NCBI GenBank assembly: GCA_973895155.1
Contig: OZ316892.1
Span: 11,112,420-11,176,419, forward strand
Source of the DNA: Marsupella aquatica
Taxonomy: Eukaryota; Plantae; Marchantiophyta
Direction: 5' to 3'
DNA: 64,000 bases
Part shown: positions 50,354 through 62,972 of the stretch, piece by piece
How positions within the stretch are numbered: the stretch's first letter is position 1
Layout of the letters: each line of letters opens with the position of its first letter
Position numbers and translations under genes: made by a program
Notes under the pieces: model-generated
Databases searched by the model: none
Seen by the model: only the letters and a program-made list of their open reading frames with translations
Told to the model about the DNA's origin: nothing

Positions 50354-53300
50354 TATCCCATAAAGGGAACCTTAGCACTCCATTAAGGTTGGCAAATACT
50401 GATAAAACATACTTTTCTGTGTGTTCTGACAGCATCATGTATAACCAGCTCATGTTCTACCAAAAACAATAGGCTGGCAGACTGTATATAGCAAGGTTTG
50501 TTTTTAATGCGATGTAATCCTCGAATAATGTGCTTATGTGTCAACTTGTAAATGATTGAACAAGTGAAAGATGAACCAGACTACCTTAACAATTTTTTAG
50601 TGTCAAGTTTAGCATTTCAGTTTAATTATCAAAACCTCTTCTCCCAAAGGATGCGGTTGCACTCCAGTAAACCCGTTATGGGGTTTGGTTAACACCTGAC
50701 CTTTGAAACCAAACCCATTAACCTTTGGACAGGCTCACTGCACCAATATTCTTGCTTATGGAAGATAAGAATTTGCACCTTTGGGCATCTCTGGTCGCAG
50801 ATAGTTGTCTGACGGGAATCTGCACTTATCTGATCCATGCAAGCTGGTCAATGAGGTATATTGCAGCAAGTTGAGCATTTCAATCCGGCAAAACACACTT
50901 CCTTAAAGATCTGTTTGCGTCAAGTTTGGCGTTTCATTTTGGCAAAACCCTTCTCCCGAAGGATCCAGTTGCACTCCAGTGAGCCTGTTGGGCCTGACCA
51001 AAATGTATAGTATTAAGGGCTTATGTTGACCTGTGTATGCGGGGAGAAATATGGGAGATTGTATGCTCATAAAGGAATACATACCTTCTTGATTGTACTT
51101 TCAGGTTATGTGTTTAGTTACAATTGGCTCACATTGACCCTATCAGTATTTTCAAAGTGTTTCCAATGCTCAACTTTGTACAGCCACAAAAGATCTTGTA
51201 ATGAGGCATTGGAAGTTACAGGTGGAGTCATATCAATGGACAAGGACCATAATTACTAAACTAATGACCTCAAAGGTTTTGCTTACTGAGTTTGGTGAAC
51301 ACCCGATCCTGGAAACCAAACCCAGTAGCCTTTGGAGAGGCTCTAACCACACCACTTTTCTTACTTGTGAAATAAGAATTTGCACTTATTTGGCATCTCT
51401 GGTTGCATCAGAGGAGTCTGATGAGAATTTGCACTTATCCAGTTCTGAACCCTGCAAGCTGGTGAATGCGGATATCAGGCAGCAAGTCATGTCACATACA
51501 TGGTCCTGCCTCCCACATGTTCTGAGCCAAAAGCATTTCCTAAGGAGCCCTAGATAAACCGAACCTGAGTTTTTGTGAGTGAAAAGCTCGTAGGGATGTC
51601 CTACGGTTACTCCTTTCTGGAACTCACTTTTCTGCGATTCACCCTCTACAGTACATTTACAAAATAATTGTAATAACAACATGAAAGTTTGTGGAAAAAG
51701 TTATTGGTGCAGAAATTGAGTTTCCATTTAATACTTGAATGGTGCAAAACACTACTGTGAAGAAGTCAGCGTTTTTTCAAGACACCAATAAGTGACAAAG
51801 ATTATATCTATTGCACTTACTAGTATTTGCAGTTAGTGTTACTATTAGAGTCGTGTCGTTTGAAACATTGCAATTTGTCGATAAGTGCAATGCAGTAATC
51901 ACATTTGAGGTGTTCTGAAGTAAAACCTAACGGAGACTTTGCACTATCACAGTCCAGACAGATGTTCTTCCATACACTTGCACTTAGGAGTACACTACAA
52001 CCTCAATAAGTGCAAAACATACATGGACAATTCAAATGGTGATAAGCGATTTTGATACACTCGCACTTGTGAGTAACTCAAACCGTGCAATTCAATTCAA
52101 CTGCAGTGTTCGACACAAACAAGAAACTTTCACTACGTTTTACTTCCGAACCCCTAGTTGCACTTATTGCACTTATCGATCAATTGCAGTATTCGGTGAA
52201 TACAAGAAGATTGCTTGCTATAACCGATCGCCTGTACCTTGCCTAGGTCATGTATTCATTTTGTACTGTTCCTGCTAGGGTTTACAAAAAAAATTAAATG
52301 CTATCCAGGCACCATTCTCACCTTTGGGCTTGAAGTTCGTTCTTGGCAACCACCATTCCAGTGAAGACACGCCCTATATGTGATCTTCCATGGAATAGTT
52401 GTGTCTCCCAGTTGACTATGGCAATTCAACACCTTGAATTGACAATGCAAGGAGGATTTTAAAATATGACAAGTGGCCCTCTACATACCGAAGATTGTTG
52501 TGTATATAGTAATTATTGCCGAATCAAATACTGTACTGAACTTCTAGTTCAAACTGCTTTCTGTGAAGCAACAACTCTAACTGAGATATTTTAAGAGTCA
52601 TTTTTCGCATTGTTAATGATGGTTGCATGTGGAAGAGCTTCAAATATGTGCACAAACTTCCGTGGATGGCAATTGTGCTAGTACCAAGTTCAACCTATGA
52701 AGCACGTTGATTGAGCTTAAGAGGCAGCGTCAAGTCTTCAGTCATGAGGCAATTCCGCAGAGATGACGGTGTGACACTGGTAATCCCTGGTTTGCGAAGA
52801 CGGTCCTGCAAATGATACCACCGGAATCAGAAATCAAGTTGACATCCCTAAATGCTGCATGTGAAATGAATCGAATGACAATACATCTAACGTAAGTGAC
52901 TGTTTCCATCTAACTCACCCCAAGGATCCGAAGCAAGGAACTCAATACTCAGCTAGAAATCGAAAATGTAGCTGCTAGGTCACAACTCCTCTGGTTACAA
53001 CTCTCTGGCAAAATGTTTTGCCTTGAAAGATCATTTGGAATTCCATTCACAAAGACAGCACTCTCTGGCAAGAATTGCACACGTATCTTTTATAGAAAAT
53101 AGCTTTGACAATTTGTAGTAACCTGCAAAGTTAGGAAGCAACATCGGAAAAGAAGGGTCCTTGTTGGGAATGACTGCTCCATCACTCTTCGCACCCAAGT
53201 GAATTAACCGCCGTGGTAGGAATGGTGACTCTTTGCTCCGTGTGAGCCCTAGTCCTCCCTAACCCCAATGACTACTTGGATTCGAAACAGAAGTATTGGG

Positions 53301-53481
53301 GCGCCCTTGCTTGTTACTTGCGAACACCCTAAGCGAACGACGTCTTTGCATTTGACCAACTGAGTTATTTCAGGGCCCACGATAACAACCCATCTAACCT
53401 TCTTCTCGACTCTCCCAGTGCTTCTCAAGTCTCTGTGTCTTATCCAGCAAAAGATTACCTAAGGAGTCGAGCCTGTCAGCG

Positions 53482-53761
53482 GATTCCGGTCTTACATTGT
53501 ATCTCAGGTGGGTGGGACACCAACGATAGTGCCTGCTTGATTGACTCCGTGTACGTCCAGTGCTCATGAACGGCCAGTAGCAGTTGGAGAAATACAATTG
53601 AAGATGCGGCTCCCGCTCCGAGATTCCGGTCTTACATTGTATCTCAGGTGGGTGGGACACCAACGATAGTGCCTGCTTGATTGACTCCGTGTACGTCCAG
53701 TGCTCATGAACGGCCAGTAGCAGTTGGAGAAATACAATTGAAGATGCGGCTCCCGCTCCGA
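53482..53761. repeat. Perfect 140-bp tandem duplication downstream of SNAPC1
   Basis: GATTCCGGTCTTACATTG...GGCTCCCGCTCCGA starts at 53482 and 53622. Confidence 0.95.
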
Positions 53762-54036
53762 GGATAAAAAAATCTGCTGGACTTCAGCTGGGAGTGAAGC
53801 CGTGAGTTCGAGCAGGAAAGGGGTTACCAGATTGTAGTGTCACTTGATACTTCGTGTGGGTAGACAGGTAGGTTATTGATGTGATTCTTACTTCCTCGGC
53901 ATGACGATGACATCAGGGTGTCGTTCTATGAGCCCATGTAAACCACAAACCTCCTGAACATCAGCCTCTCGTGATGTGCCAATATTTCAAAGGGCTATTT
54001 TCTTCAGCTTCAGCGTACTCTTGCTCGGCATAGTAA

Positions 54037-54978
54037 TCACTCCAGGTCGTCAAGAGCCAGATTCAGCTGTGCTACTAGTTCTCTTTCAAACTCGCTCATC
54101 TTGCTTCGTTCCCTCAGCTCTCTTTCATACTCTGTGATGGTCTTCTTCCGTGGGTCACTTGAGGACTTTCTTTTCCGACGCCCTAACCCCACACCAGTGC
54201 CGTCCCTAGGCAAAGGGGTCTGGTTGGATCGCGGCTGAGAGGGAGTCAAAAGTTCAACTTTGTGGACATTCCAACTGTTGGTATCTTTCAGGAGCTCAGC
54301 TCCGAGTGTTGGCTGGGCCCCTTCCTCGGCAATTTCTCCTCCCTCATCACCATCGTCACACAATGCACGTCTTTTGGCTGCTGCATACTCCTCGGTCAAC
54401 TGAGCCAGCTCGTCCAGCCTCAGTTCTTGTCCCAGTTGTCCGCTGAGATGCTGCTGCATGGGAACATTGGTTAAGAGACGAAACCGAGCTTGGTGGACTC
54501 TTGCATTGGCCTGCTTGACAAGCCTTGCAACTGTAGTAGCAATCCGCTTCTGGTTGGCTGACACTGACCCAAATAGAAACATGTTCTCGGCAAACATCTT
54601 CCGAAGGACCACCAGAGCTGTGGTCATACCATTCTTCTTCAATTCCTTCACTAGCGAGTGGAGGCCCTCAAGCTCTTCAAGGGATAGATAAATTCTGCAG
54701 CAGGACTCTTGCAGCTGTGTGCCATGGAGTGTATACAGTGCATAGAGAGCTCCCAGCTTCCAATTCAGGGACTCATCTCCCACTACATGGATGAGAGCGG
54801 AAGAGAAAAGGCCCTGCGCGTAGAAGGAAGCACTCACGTCTTTGGGTCTAGCCTCGTGGATGAAGGAAAAGTTCCGGGCTCTCCAGAGCTCCTTCATCTG
54901 TGCCAATTCGGTGCCTTCCATCTCCGCAAAGCCTGCTACTAGCTCCTCTATATCTCGCGCTTGTGCTGTCAAGTCCAT
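54037..54978 (-). CDS. SNAPC1: snRNA-activating protein complex subunit 1 (SNAP43), 313 aa, CDS without introns
   Basis: Single ORF MDLTAQARDIEELV..F......LAQMKELWRARNFSFIHEARP..FYAQGLF...KLGALYALYTLHGTQ....RIYLSLEEL..L..LV....K...ENMFLFGSV, matching the plant SNAP43 N-terminal domain. Probable 5'UTR intron at 55083-55200. Confidence 0.9.
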   Translation of the reverse strand: MDLTAQARDIEELVAGFAEMEGTELAQMKELWRARNFSFIHEARPKDVSASFYAQGLFSSALIHVVGDESLNWKLGALYALYTLHGTQLQESCCRIYLSLEELEGLHSLVKELKKNGMTTALVVLRKMFAENMFLFGSVSANQKRIATTVARLVKQANARVHQARFRLLTNVPMQQHLSGQLGQELRLDELAQLTEEYAAAKRRALCDDGDEGGEIAEEGAQPTLGAELLKDTNSWNVHKVELLTPSQPRSNQTPLPRDGTGVGLGRRKRKSSSDPRKKTITEYERELRERSKMSEFERELVAQLNLALDDLE

Positions 54979-56512
54979 AATCTAAAGCCTTTCTCTCTCA
55001 AACGATTTTACATAATCAATGAACGGCATTCTGCATCTTCACCAGCAAAACAATCTCGTCTGCTGTCTGATCTTTGATTCCTCTGTGACAACAAGATGAA
55101 CAATTCGGTTTCTTGTCAGCCCTAATTAACGCAGAACAAATGTAGAGCAAATGTTCACAAATGTAGAGCAACTAAGGAAAAATCAGACGGAAGAAATAAC
55201 CTGCGCTTGAAAGTGGACATCATAACAAAGGGACTTGCACGGGTTGTATACTTTGTGGCCCCTGGTTGTACACTTTGTGTCCCTGCCTTAATACTCTTTA
55301 ATCCCCTCTCCCTAGTGGTGTGAGATCCACTGGGGGCCTTTTCCCCTCCTTTCTCTCCCCTTCATTGGGCTGTTTTGCCTGTGGGGATCTTGTCTCCCTG
55401 TAGGTAAGGTACACTTCCAGCAAAGTAACAGTGACTTTCAGGCCATTTTGGTTGACTTTTTCATCACTAAATGTGGAGGCAAATGTTCCATTAGATTAAT
55501 TTTCATTGTGTAATATGAAATATTTGGGTTGTAATTATTTTAGGGCTCCTCCTCTAGTTGTGTTACTGGTGTAAAACTCGAGTGTATTTTAGGACTCATA
55601 ATCATCAAGTTATGGCCCCAAACTCCGATGGACCACCAAAATGTGGTTCCATGGGAGCTTGGTGTCCAACATGGTGGTCCATCCTGGCCTCATTTTCTAT
55701 GAAGAAAGGAAAATCCAAAACCCATTAAAACAGGGAGTAACCAAAACATGATTCGTCAAGAGGGCAAAGGCAGCATTTCCAAATACACTCCACTAGTGCT
55801 CATGAGGAATAGTAAGATCAGTCCTCCTCTTGTGTTCTCACTCTACTACAGTAGCTAGCCTGTGCCCGTTCTTTGAACTCTCTCTAAGTGCAAAATACAT
55901 TGATGCTAAACCTGGATAAGTGCAAGGTATCATGTTCTTCCTTTTCTTCCTTTTCATTGTATACCACAAGTATGTTAATTAAATGACAACTCTATAGCTG
56001 CAAAGCCCTTGATAAGTGTACATATGCACTTACTGGCAAGCGCACAGCCCCATCAAAATGCATTTACTGATGAGCGCATGCCCTTTTTTAGCAGAGTTAA
56101 AAATGCACTTATGAAGTAGGACACTGAATTAATTTAGGGCAGGGACATATATAGCACACTTAACAAAGGGACGTAAATTATGCACACTTATTGATAGGTG
56201 CAAATTTTTGCAGGGATGAATTGGACAGCAAGGCGGCATATAGAACATGATTGTGTACAACATACAATCAATACCTACATAGAGATTCATCCCGCCTAGG
56301 CTACATCCATGTCCAAGAAAAGAAATCCAGTATCCACTAACACCGTACATTCGGCATAGCCTGAAAATAAAAAACTGCTCTATGACACCATCCTCTAACT
56401 TCTCTCTTCAATCTCCAACTCCTAAAGACTGAACTCTAAGTATGAGCGCACAATTAATGAAGATCTCCTCCAAGTGTAAACTCAGAGTGCACCTTGCATG
56501 TCTCTGAACTCA

Positions 56513-56830
56513 CCTTCAAGCCACTACAATGGGATAACTATCCCTCCAAACATAAAGAAACCTTAAAGTGCTCAAATAGCACACATATAAAAGCTCTGAA
56601 CGCAGATAACATGAAAAACTCTAATATCACTCATAATGGTGTGGCATGGCACACCTATGTTTGAAGGCTCAACATTGAAAGATGAGGCCTTCAAGCCACC
56701 ACAAAGGGATAATTATCCCTGCAAACATAGGAAAAACCCTAAAGTGCTCAAATAGCACACATAAAATCTCTAAACTCAGACAACACAATATACTCTAATA
56801 TTACTCATAATGGTGGGACATGGCACAATC
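56513..56830. repeat. About 175-bp degenerate tandem duplication
   Basis: CCTTCAAGCCAC.ACAA.GGGATAA.TATCCCT...AAAGTGCTCAAATAGCACACATA...ACTCATAATGGTG at 56513 and 56688. Confidence 0.85.
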
Positions 56831-57544
56831 TGGAGAGTGAAATGTGCAAGAAAATAGGATAGGATATTTAAATATTCATACATCTGTCAATCCATAATGA
56901 AAATGTAGAATTCTTCAAAATTTTAAAAATACAGCCAATTCAGTTGCATACCAAGCGTTTGGCTTAAGGACTTTTTAATGAAGTAATGCCATGTTTATGA
57001 TTGCCCATAATTCCCTATTCACGTTGAGTTAATACACTTTAATTCCTGAAACACCTTGTACTACTACATTGTTCACGGTAGGTAGTGTTAAATGCAAAAA
57101 TTAATGTTAGTATAAAATGAGTGTTGCCAACAATAATTTTGGTAAAAGTGATTTTCAGTCTAAGGTAACACTCCTTTTTTTTGTTGGTTTTTCAGAATAG
57201 ATTTTTCCACTTTGGTCTAAATTTCTAGTAAATAATGGATGATCTTGAGTCCAAAGTAATACTAATTCTTGTGGAATTTTTAAAATAGTTGTTTTTCCCA
57301 GGTTTTCCATTCTTGAGACCACTGTATGCACCTTGTTAAGACACATTAAAGTAAAAATATATGACAAAAATTTATAGTTAGAAAAGCCATTGAAAAGTGG
57401 ATTGGTCATGTACCAATGTCAAAGGGACTCACTGGCTAGGATTGACTCTAACTCCTTCACTTTCCGTTTGTGTAATCTTACACCTGCAGTCCCATGTGCC
57501 CATGCGTGCTATTTGGCACCTGAACCTTACATTAACCAACCAAG

Positions 57545-57795
57545 TTCAAGGGCAGAGCTACATACCACTTGTAGTGTACCTGGTGAAATCAATGTGCTTG
57601 AGAAGCAGATGCAATTTCAAAGTTTTTGTGTAAAAACGTCAAGGGCAGAGCTATATACTGCTTGCAACTTACCTGGTGAGTGTGCTGGAAAATCAGTTAC
57701 AAGTTCAAAAGTTTTGTGTAACAACTTCAAGGGTAGAGCTACCACTAATAGCGTACTTAGTGAATGTGCTCCACAATCAGTTGCAAGTTCAAAAG
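57545..57795. repeat. About 90-bp degenerate tandem repeat x3
   Basis: TCAAGGG(C/T)AGAGCTA...GTGA.TGTGCT...CAG.T.CAA.TTCAAA units; a related fragment sits at about 61635-61685. Confidence 0.8.
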
Positions 57796-58633
57796 CAAAG
57801 CATAAAACCTCTACTAAATTAAACTTGCATCCATCTCTACAAACAGTCTCACTTAGTTGAAGGTTTCAGATAAAAATTTAAAATCCAAGCCCGCTTGTTA
57901 ATTCTAAAAAATCTAGTTTCAACATTGTATATATGCTCAAACACAATCACCTTTTGATTGTTAGTTTCCTCAAGAAACATCTTATTGCTAAGTGAACGTC
58001 TTAGGCACATAAATTAGTGATAGAGCCCTTGAATCTGAGTGACTGACTTGTGGGCATCATTGCAATCTAAAATAGACAATTTTTGTAGTCTTTTGTTTAA
58101 AATTTTATAAAATATTAAAAATATAAAATAAAATCTTTATAATCAACAAAATAATAATAAGTTGGTATTTATGAATCAAATGATTATATAAAACTTGGAT
58201 TTTATGGTTTCTTTACACCTTAAAAATTTTATGTGTAAATATGGTTGGACCCTTCATATATATCAAGGCGTGCCATTGGCTAGCATAATACATTGGCTAG
58301 CATGTGTGTTGCAAGTAAGAAGATCGCGTCTTTGATACCTGGTCTAACAATAAATCACTAATTTTGCCCTTCCATTGGACCTTCAATATAAGACAATACA
58401 AACTCTGCAATTGCTCTTTTTTCCAGAAATCATTATGTACTGTGGATCATTAACATGATCACTTATATCAGAAAGTTGACAAGAGCAGGAGGCCGTGCCT
58501 CTTTTACCTCTTTGATCTTGTCTTTTGCTTCTTTAACCTTATTGTTACCGAATAATTTGGCTATGTAGTGTAAAAGTTCTATGAGAGAATTTGGGCCTTT
58601 TAATTCTTCCCGGACTAGACATTTATGTTCTTT

Positions 58634-58780
58634 TCAGCCTCCCTCCCCATGATCTGAACCTTCAGGCCTTTTATTGATCTTCATGGGAATTGTATCAAGG
58701 ATCTTCAGAGGTCTAGCTGCTTGGACGATTGTAGACCCTATGATTGTTGATGCAATTATTGCATCCCAATGAAATGCCAT
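58634..58780 (-). other. Candidate small secreted-peptide ORF (48 aa) or pseudogene of a 105-codon gene
   Basis: MAFHWDAIIASTIIGSTIVQA-ARPL...KRPEGSDHGEGG*. The frame stays open for 56 more codons past the TGA, to a TAA at 58463-58465. Confidence 0.3.
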
Positions 58781-60042
58781 AGTAAAGTTGTACACATAAA
58801 TACAGAGAGTTAGTATAGTCAATCACCACACGTAGCAAATACAAGCAATGAGTGCACGCAGCTTAAACAACACTGAAAAAGTAGTCCGTTGGAGCATTTA
58901 TGAGCACTAGTACACTAGGACTACAAGGAAAAGAGCCAGACCAAGCTAGAAAAATAAAATAAATAGGCTGGATTTAAAACACTCAGCCTACAAAAAGCGC
59001 TAAAACGTGAAGTGCTTATTTTAGACAGACCAAAGAGCCACAGTATTGTGTATAGAGACATCGCCTCTCAACCATTGATATTTTTGTATTTACAGCCGTG
59101 CTTGTGCTGGGCCAATCTAAGGCTCAAATATAAGACTCACAAAATAGAAGGCAAAACAAACATTGACAATGTGTACCAACCAATAAGGCCTTTAAAACAA
59201 CTCAAACAAATTTGTGCATATTTCACTATTAAAGGTCAAATAGGCATAAAAATTCTAACAATTAGGCAAAATAAATAAATTAATACTGATATCTCATATA
59301 TTGTGGCTAGTTTCATCTACCTGATTTCAAACAACATATGTTTTAATTAGAGTATCCCATACAATCAAAATCAACACAAAGATAGACCATGAAGTAACTA
59401 TAGGCAAATACAACATTTTTAGGACAATGAAAATAGTCTAGACTTTTTGTTCTTGACTCTCAATGGTTTGACCTAGAGTTTCAATCTCTGCTCCGCTTAT
59501 ACTGTCTCTCATAACTTTAGTTTGCTTGCTTTGTTGTAATTTACAATATACAGCCAAAAAATGAGTTAATTTAAAAACATCTTTAACCCTGTATATAAGA
59601 AAGAAGCTACCAAACTTTTGTTTAAATTGCTAGCCCTGCATGCAAGGTGTTATATGATGTGTTTTAGTTACCAATATGGTTTGTCGATCATACCCACATC
59701 AATGGAATGAAAGAATTATATGTGAAGGACATGACAACCCAACATATGATAACCACCAAATCTTATAGAAATTATATATTTATGACTGAGAAATTTATTC
59801 ATATTAAACTGGAGTGCTTATTATACTCTTAATATGATAGATAATTACATTATCTTGTAAAGGCAAATTGTAGAATCATTTTAAGCATTTTAATGTAAAC
59901 CATTGATTTATCTTATATACATTGTTTTTTAAGAAAAATATAAATTTGGATAAATTATCTATGGGACTGCACCATAAAAAAATAGTAACTTTTTGGCAGG
60001 GCTTTATGATACAATCAAGCTTTTATTGTTTTATACAAACTA

Positions 60043-61230
60043 CTAGCTCAATACCTGTGCATTGCACAAAAGAAGTCGTGTCGGTCAAGATGTCGTTGAG
60101 AAAAAATGATGTCATGTCAGCCAAGAGGTCATGGAGAGAAAAGATGTTGTGTCGGCCAAGAGGTCTTGGAGACAAAAATGTTGTGTCGCCGAAGAGGTCG
60201 TTGAGAGAAAAGATGCTGTGTTGGCCAAGAGGTTGTTGAGAGAAAAGAAGTCATGTTGGCCAAGATGTCGTTGAGAAAAAAAGATGTGTCGGCCAAGAGG
60301 TCGTGGAGAGAAATTATGTCAAGTCGCCCTAAAGTTCTTTCATTGAGAGAAAAGAAATCGTTGAGAAAAAAAATATTTCGTGTCAGCCAAGAGGTTGTTG
60401 AGAAAAAAGATGTCGTCTTGGCCAAGAAGTCATTGAGAAAAAAGATGTCGTGTCGGCAAAGACATCGTTGAGGGAAAAGATGTCGTGTCGGCCAAGACAT
60501 CGTTCTGGAAAATACCTGTGCGTTGCACAAAAGATGTTTAGAAAAAAGATTGTTCCTTTCAAACCTTAACCTCCCCCTTTTTCCCTTTTCCTATTTTTGG
60601 TCTTCTCTTTTTCACCTTCACCATCACTCCACTCGTTCACCGCCCCCCTTCCCCACCCATGTGAGATCGAGGGGCTACCCTACATTGCAAGTGTGCCCCT
60701 CGCCTGAGACCTTGCCATCAACACCCATGCCATGCGCTTCACTATGTCTTTGGGCCTTATTACTTTTGTTTTTTTGGCATTGAAAATGACTCTGCAAATG
60801 AATGTAAAAATCACCACAAATATTGGGAGAATAGTTTTTTATTGATCTAGTGACTAAAATGTTATTAGCAATTAAATTACTTTTAGGGACTCTTACCAGT
60901 ATTATACAAACTTATGATGCACACAATATTGAAATATGTACAATGAATATGTACAATACAAATTTACATGTGAATATGTACAATATTTATTGCAAGGATG
61001 TATACTCCTTGTGCATTGTGTTAAAGTCTTTCCCTTCTTTTTTTGTGTGCCTCGTGTGATTATTCTTGCTTGTATTGGGCACCGGTACAACTTTTTGTGA
61101 CTCACACTAAACTCAATTCACACTTTGGCTTTATTGCTTACCTTTGACCAGATTTTTTAATTTTTGTGCCCTGCAAATTTGAATGACGACCACTCTAAAA
61201 AGTGGCGCAACTGTGTATTATAGTTCTTGA
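60043..61230 (-). mobile_element. Non-autonomous Helitron, copy B (inverted relative to copy A)
   Basis: On the minus strand it reads A|TCAAGAACTATAATACACAG ... GTGCAATGCACAGGTATTGAG-CTAG|T, a canonical A/T target with TC...CTAG ends. It has the same internal repeat array as copy A and lacks A's about 49450-50130 segment. Confidence 0.85.
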
Positions 61231-61705
61231 TTCTATGTATCTCTGTTTGCTATGCTTGCAAAATAATATAAGGATGTTCATATCACCATAAGTCAATAAT
61301 CTTTTGACATGAGTTGTTTGGCGCTAGCTTGAACTTATAATAAGGCTGACAATCCAAAAAAAATTTCAACCAGTCTATATTAGATGATAATATTTTAGCT
61401 TCCCTTTTCTTGTTGCTATCAAAGTTCTTGAGACAGTTGATGTAAAACATTGGGGTGCGCCATTTGCATTATGTGGGCAAATCTACCAAAAAGAGGTTTC
61501 ATCAAAGTAACTTTGATATAATAGCATGTTCATAGGCAAACTTACAAGTATGCTTTTAATAAACTTGCTAAGCAATCAACTTGAAGGTTGACCACAAAAA
61601 ATTACAAGAAGGAGGTGTGATCCAAATTATGTATCCTGGTGAATGTGCTGGAGAATCAGTTGCAAGTTCAAAGGTTTTGTGTAAACACATTTTTGCAGCA
61701 TAATT

Positions 61706-62052
61706 TTAGACCACCTCCTTGGGGGTCTCACCTCAAGAAGGGTCTCATGTCATGCATAACATTGTTGAGTAATGAACACCCTAAAAACTAAGAAAAACAA
61801 GGTAATCCAATATATTTTCACTCCTATCTTTTTGGGAATTTCCAAAGAATATTTCCAAAGCTGGGTTTAAAAGCCCTATCTTTACTTGAAATCTTCATGA
61901 TTGGATTAAAGAACCCTAATGTACATTCTTCCATTAAGATTTATAACTCTTCAGTAAGCCCTATATAAAAACTCTATACTTATTGCATCAGGTGATGGGT
62001 CGAAAGCAGATTACAAGTGAGGACCCCAGGACCACCACAAGAGGTAGTCTAA
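61706..62052. mobile_element. Degenerate MITE candidate
   Basis: Left TTAGACCACCTCCTTG versus right reverse complement TTAGACTACCTCTTG, with GGGGTC(C)TCAC inside both arms. Confidence 0.4.
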
Positions 62053-62554
62053 ACTTCTGTATGCTTGATCTATTGCAATCAACGCATTGTTTGCATTTCC
62101 TGCACAGGCCTCTCCGTTTGTCCTAGGCCTGAAAGCTAGATTTTAGGCTCAAGGTCTACTCAATTTGGTCTGAAAAAGTAGTAGTTGTCTATTGGCTTGT
62201 TCTTGTAAAGTCCCCCTAATTCACAACTTTATAGTGTTTTGACAACCTACCCCTTTCATCATTAGATAATATCACATCCCATGGCTTGTTTCAAGAACTA
62301 AATAAATGAGTGAGTTCATTTTTTTTGCAAACCAAATAAAGTCCTGTAAAATCTTATATAATACAGCCATAGATTATATTCTTTATTAACAACAGTCCAG
62401 ATCCCCACCCATATCAACCCATGGCATCAAAACAAACTCACCTCATCAGTTAAGTGACTTGCATCTTACTAGCTAATAAAGTAAGTACATGTTGTCCAAA
62501 CAAACCATGTTCAAAATAGCCAAAATTAATATCAATTCACAACATTTGCAAGAG

Positions 62555-62780
62555 CAGCAGGTCAATGCTCAGCTAATTTTAGCAGTGACCCCATGCTCAG
62601 CCAATTTAGCAGCAAACCCATGCCTGGCTAATTTGCAATGGACCCATGCTTGACTAATATTTGCAATCAACCCATGTTTAATTGGTAACCTTAGTGGCCA
62701 ACCACAATTGCCTAATTTAGAATCTATCTATTAGCCCATGCACTGCTAATTTTAGGCAGACCAGTGCTTGGCATAAAAGC
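62555..62780. repeat. About 27-bp degenerate tandem repeats
   Basis: CCCATGCT(C/T)(A/G)GC(C/T)AATTT-like units repeated about 6 times. Confidence 0.65.
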
Positions 62781-62972
62781 AATGATAATGCCCCCATTTG
62801 CCAAAGGCACGTGTGCATCATAACCCCATGTTGTAAGCATGGGTTACAGATATTTTTTATAATAAATTAAAATTCCAAAGTGCAGCAAATCTATTCTAGA
62901 GGCTATGGGTGTCTGTATCATCAAAAAATGATAAAATGGTGATTGTAAGATCAAACCTCCCCTTGAATCTCA

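Noticed and set aside
57390-57860. 156-aa ORF
   Set aside because: It starts at TTG and is mostly the translation of a 90-bp tandem repeat that recurs in non-coding DNA at about 61640.
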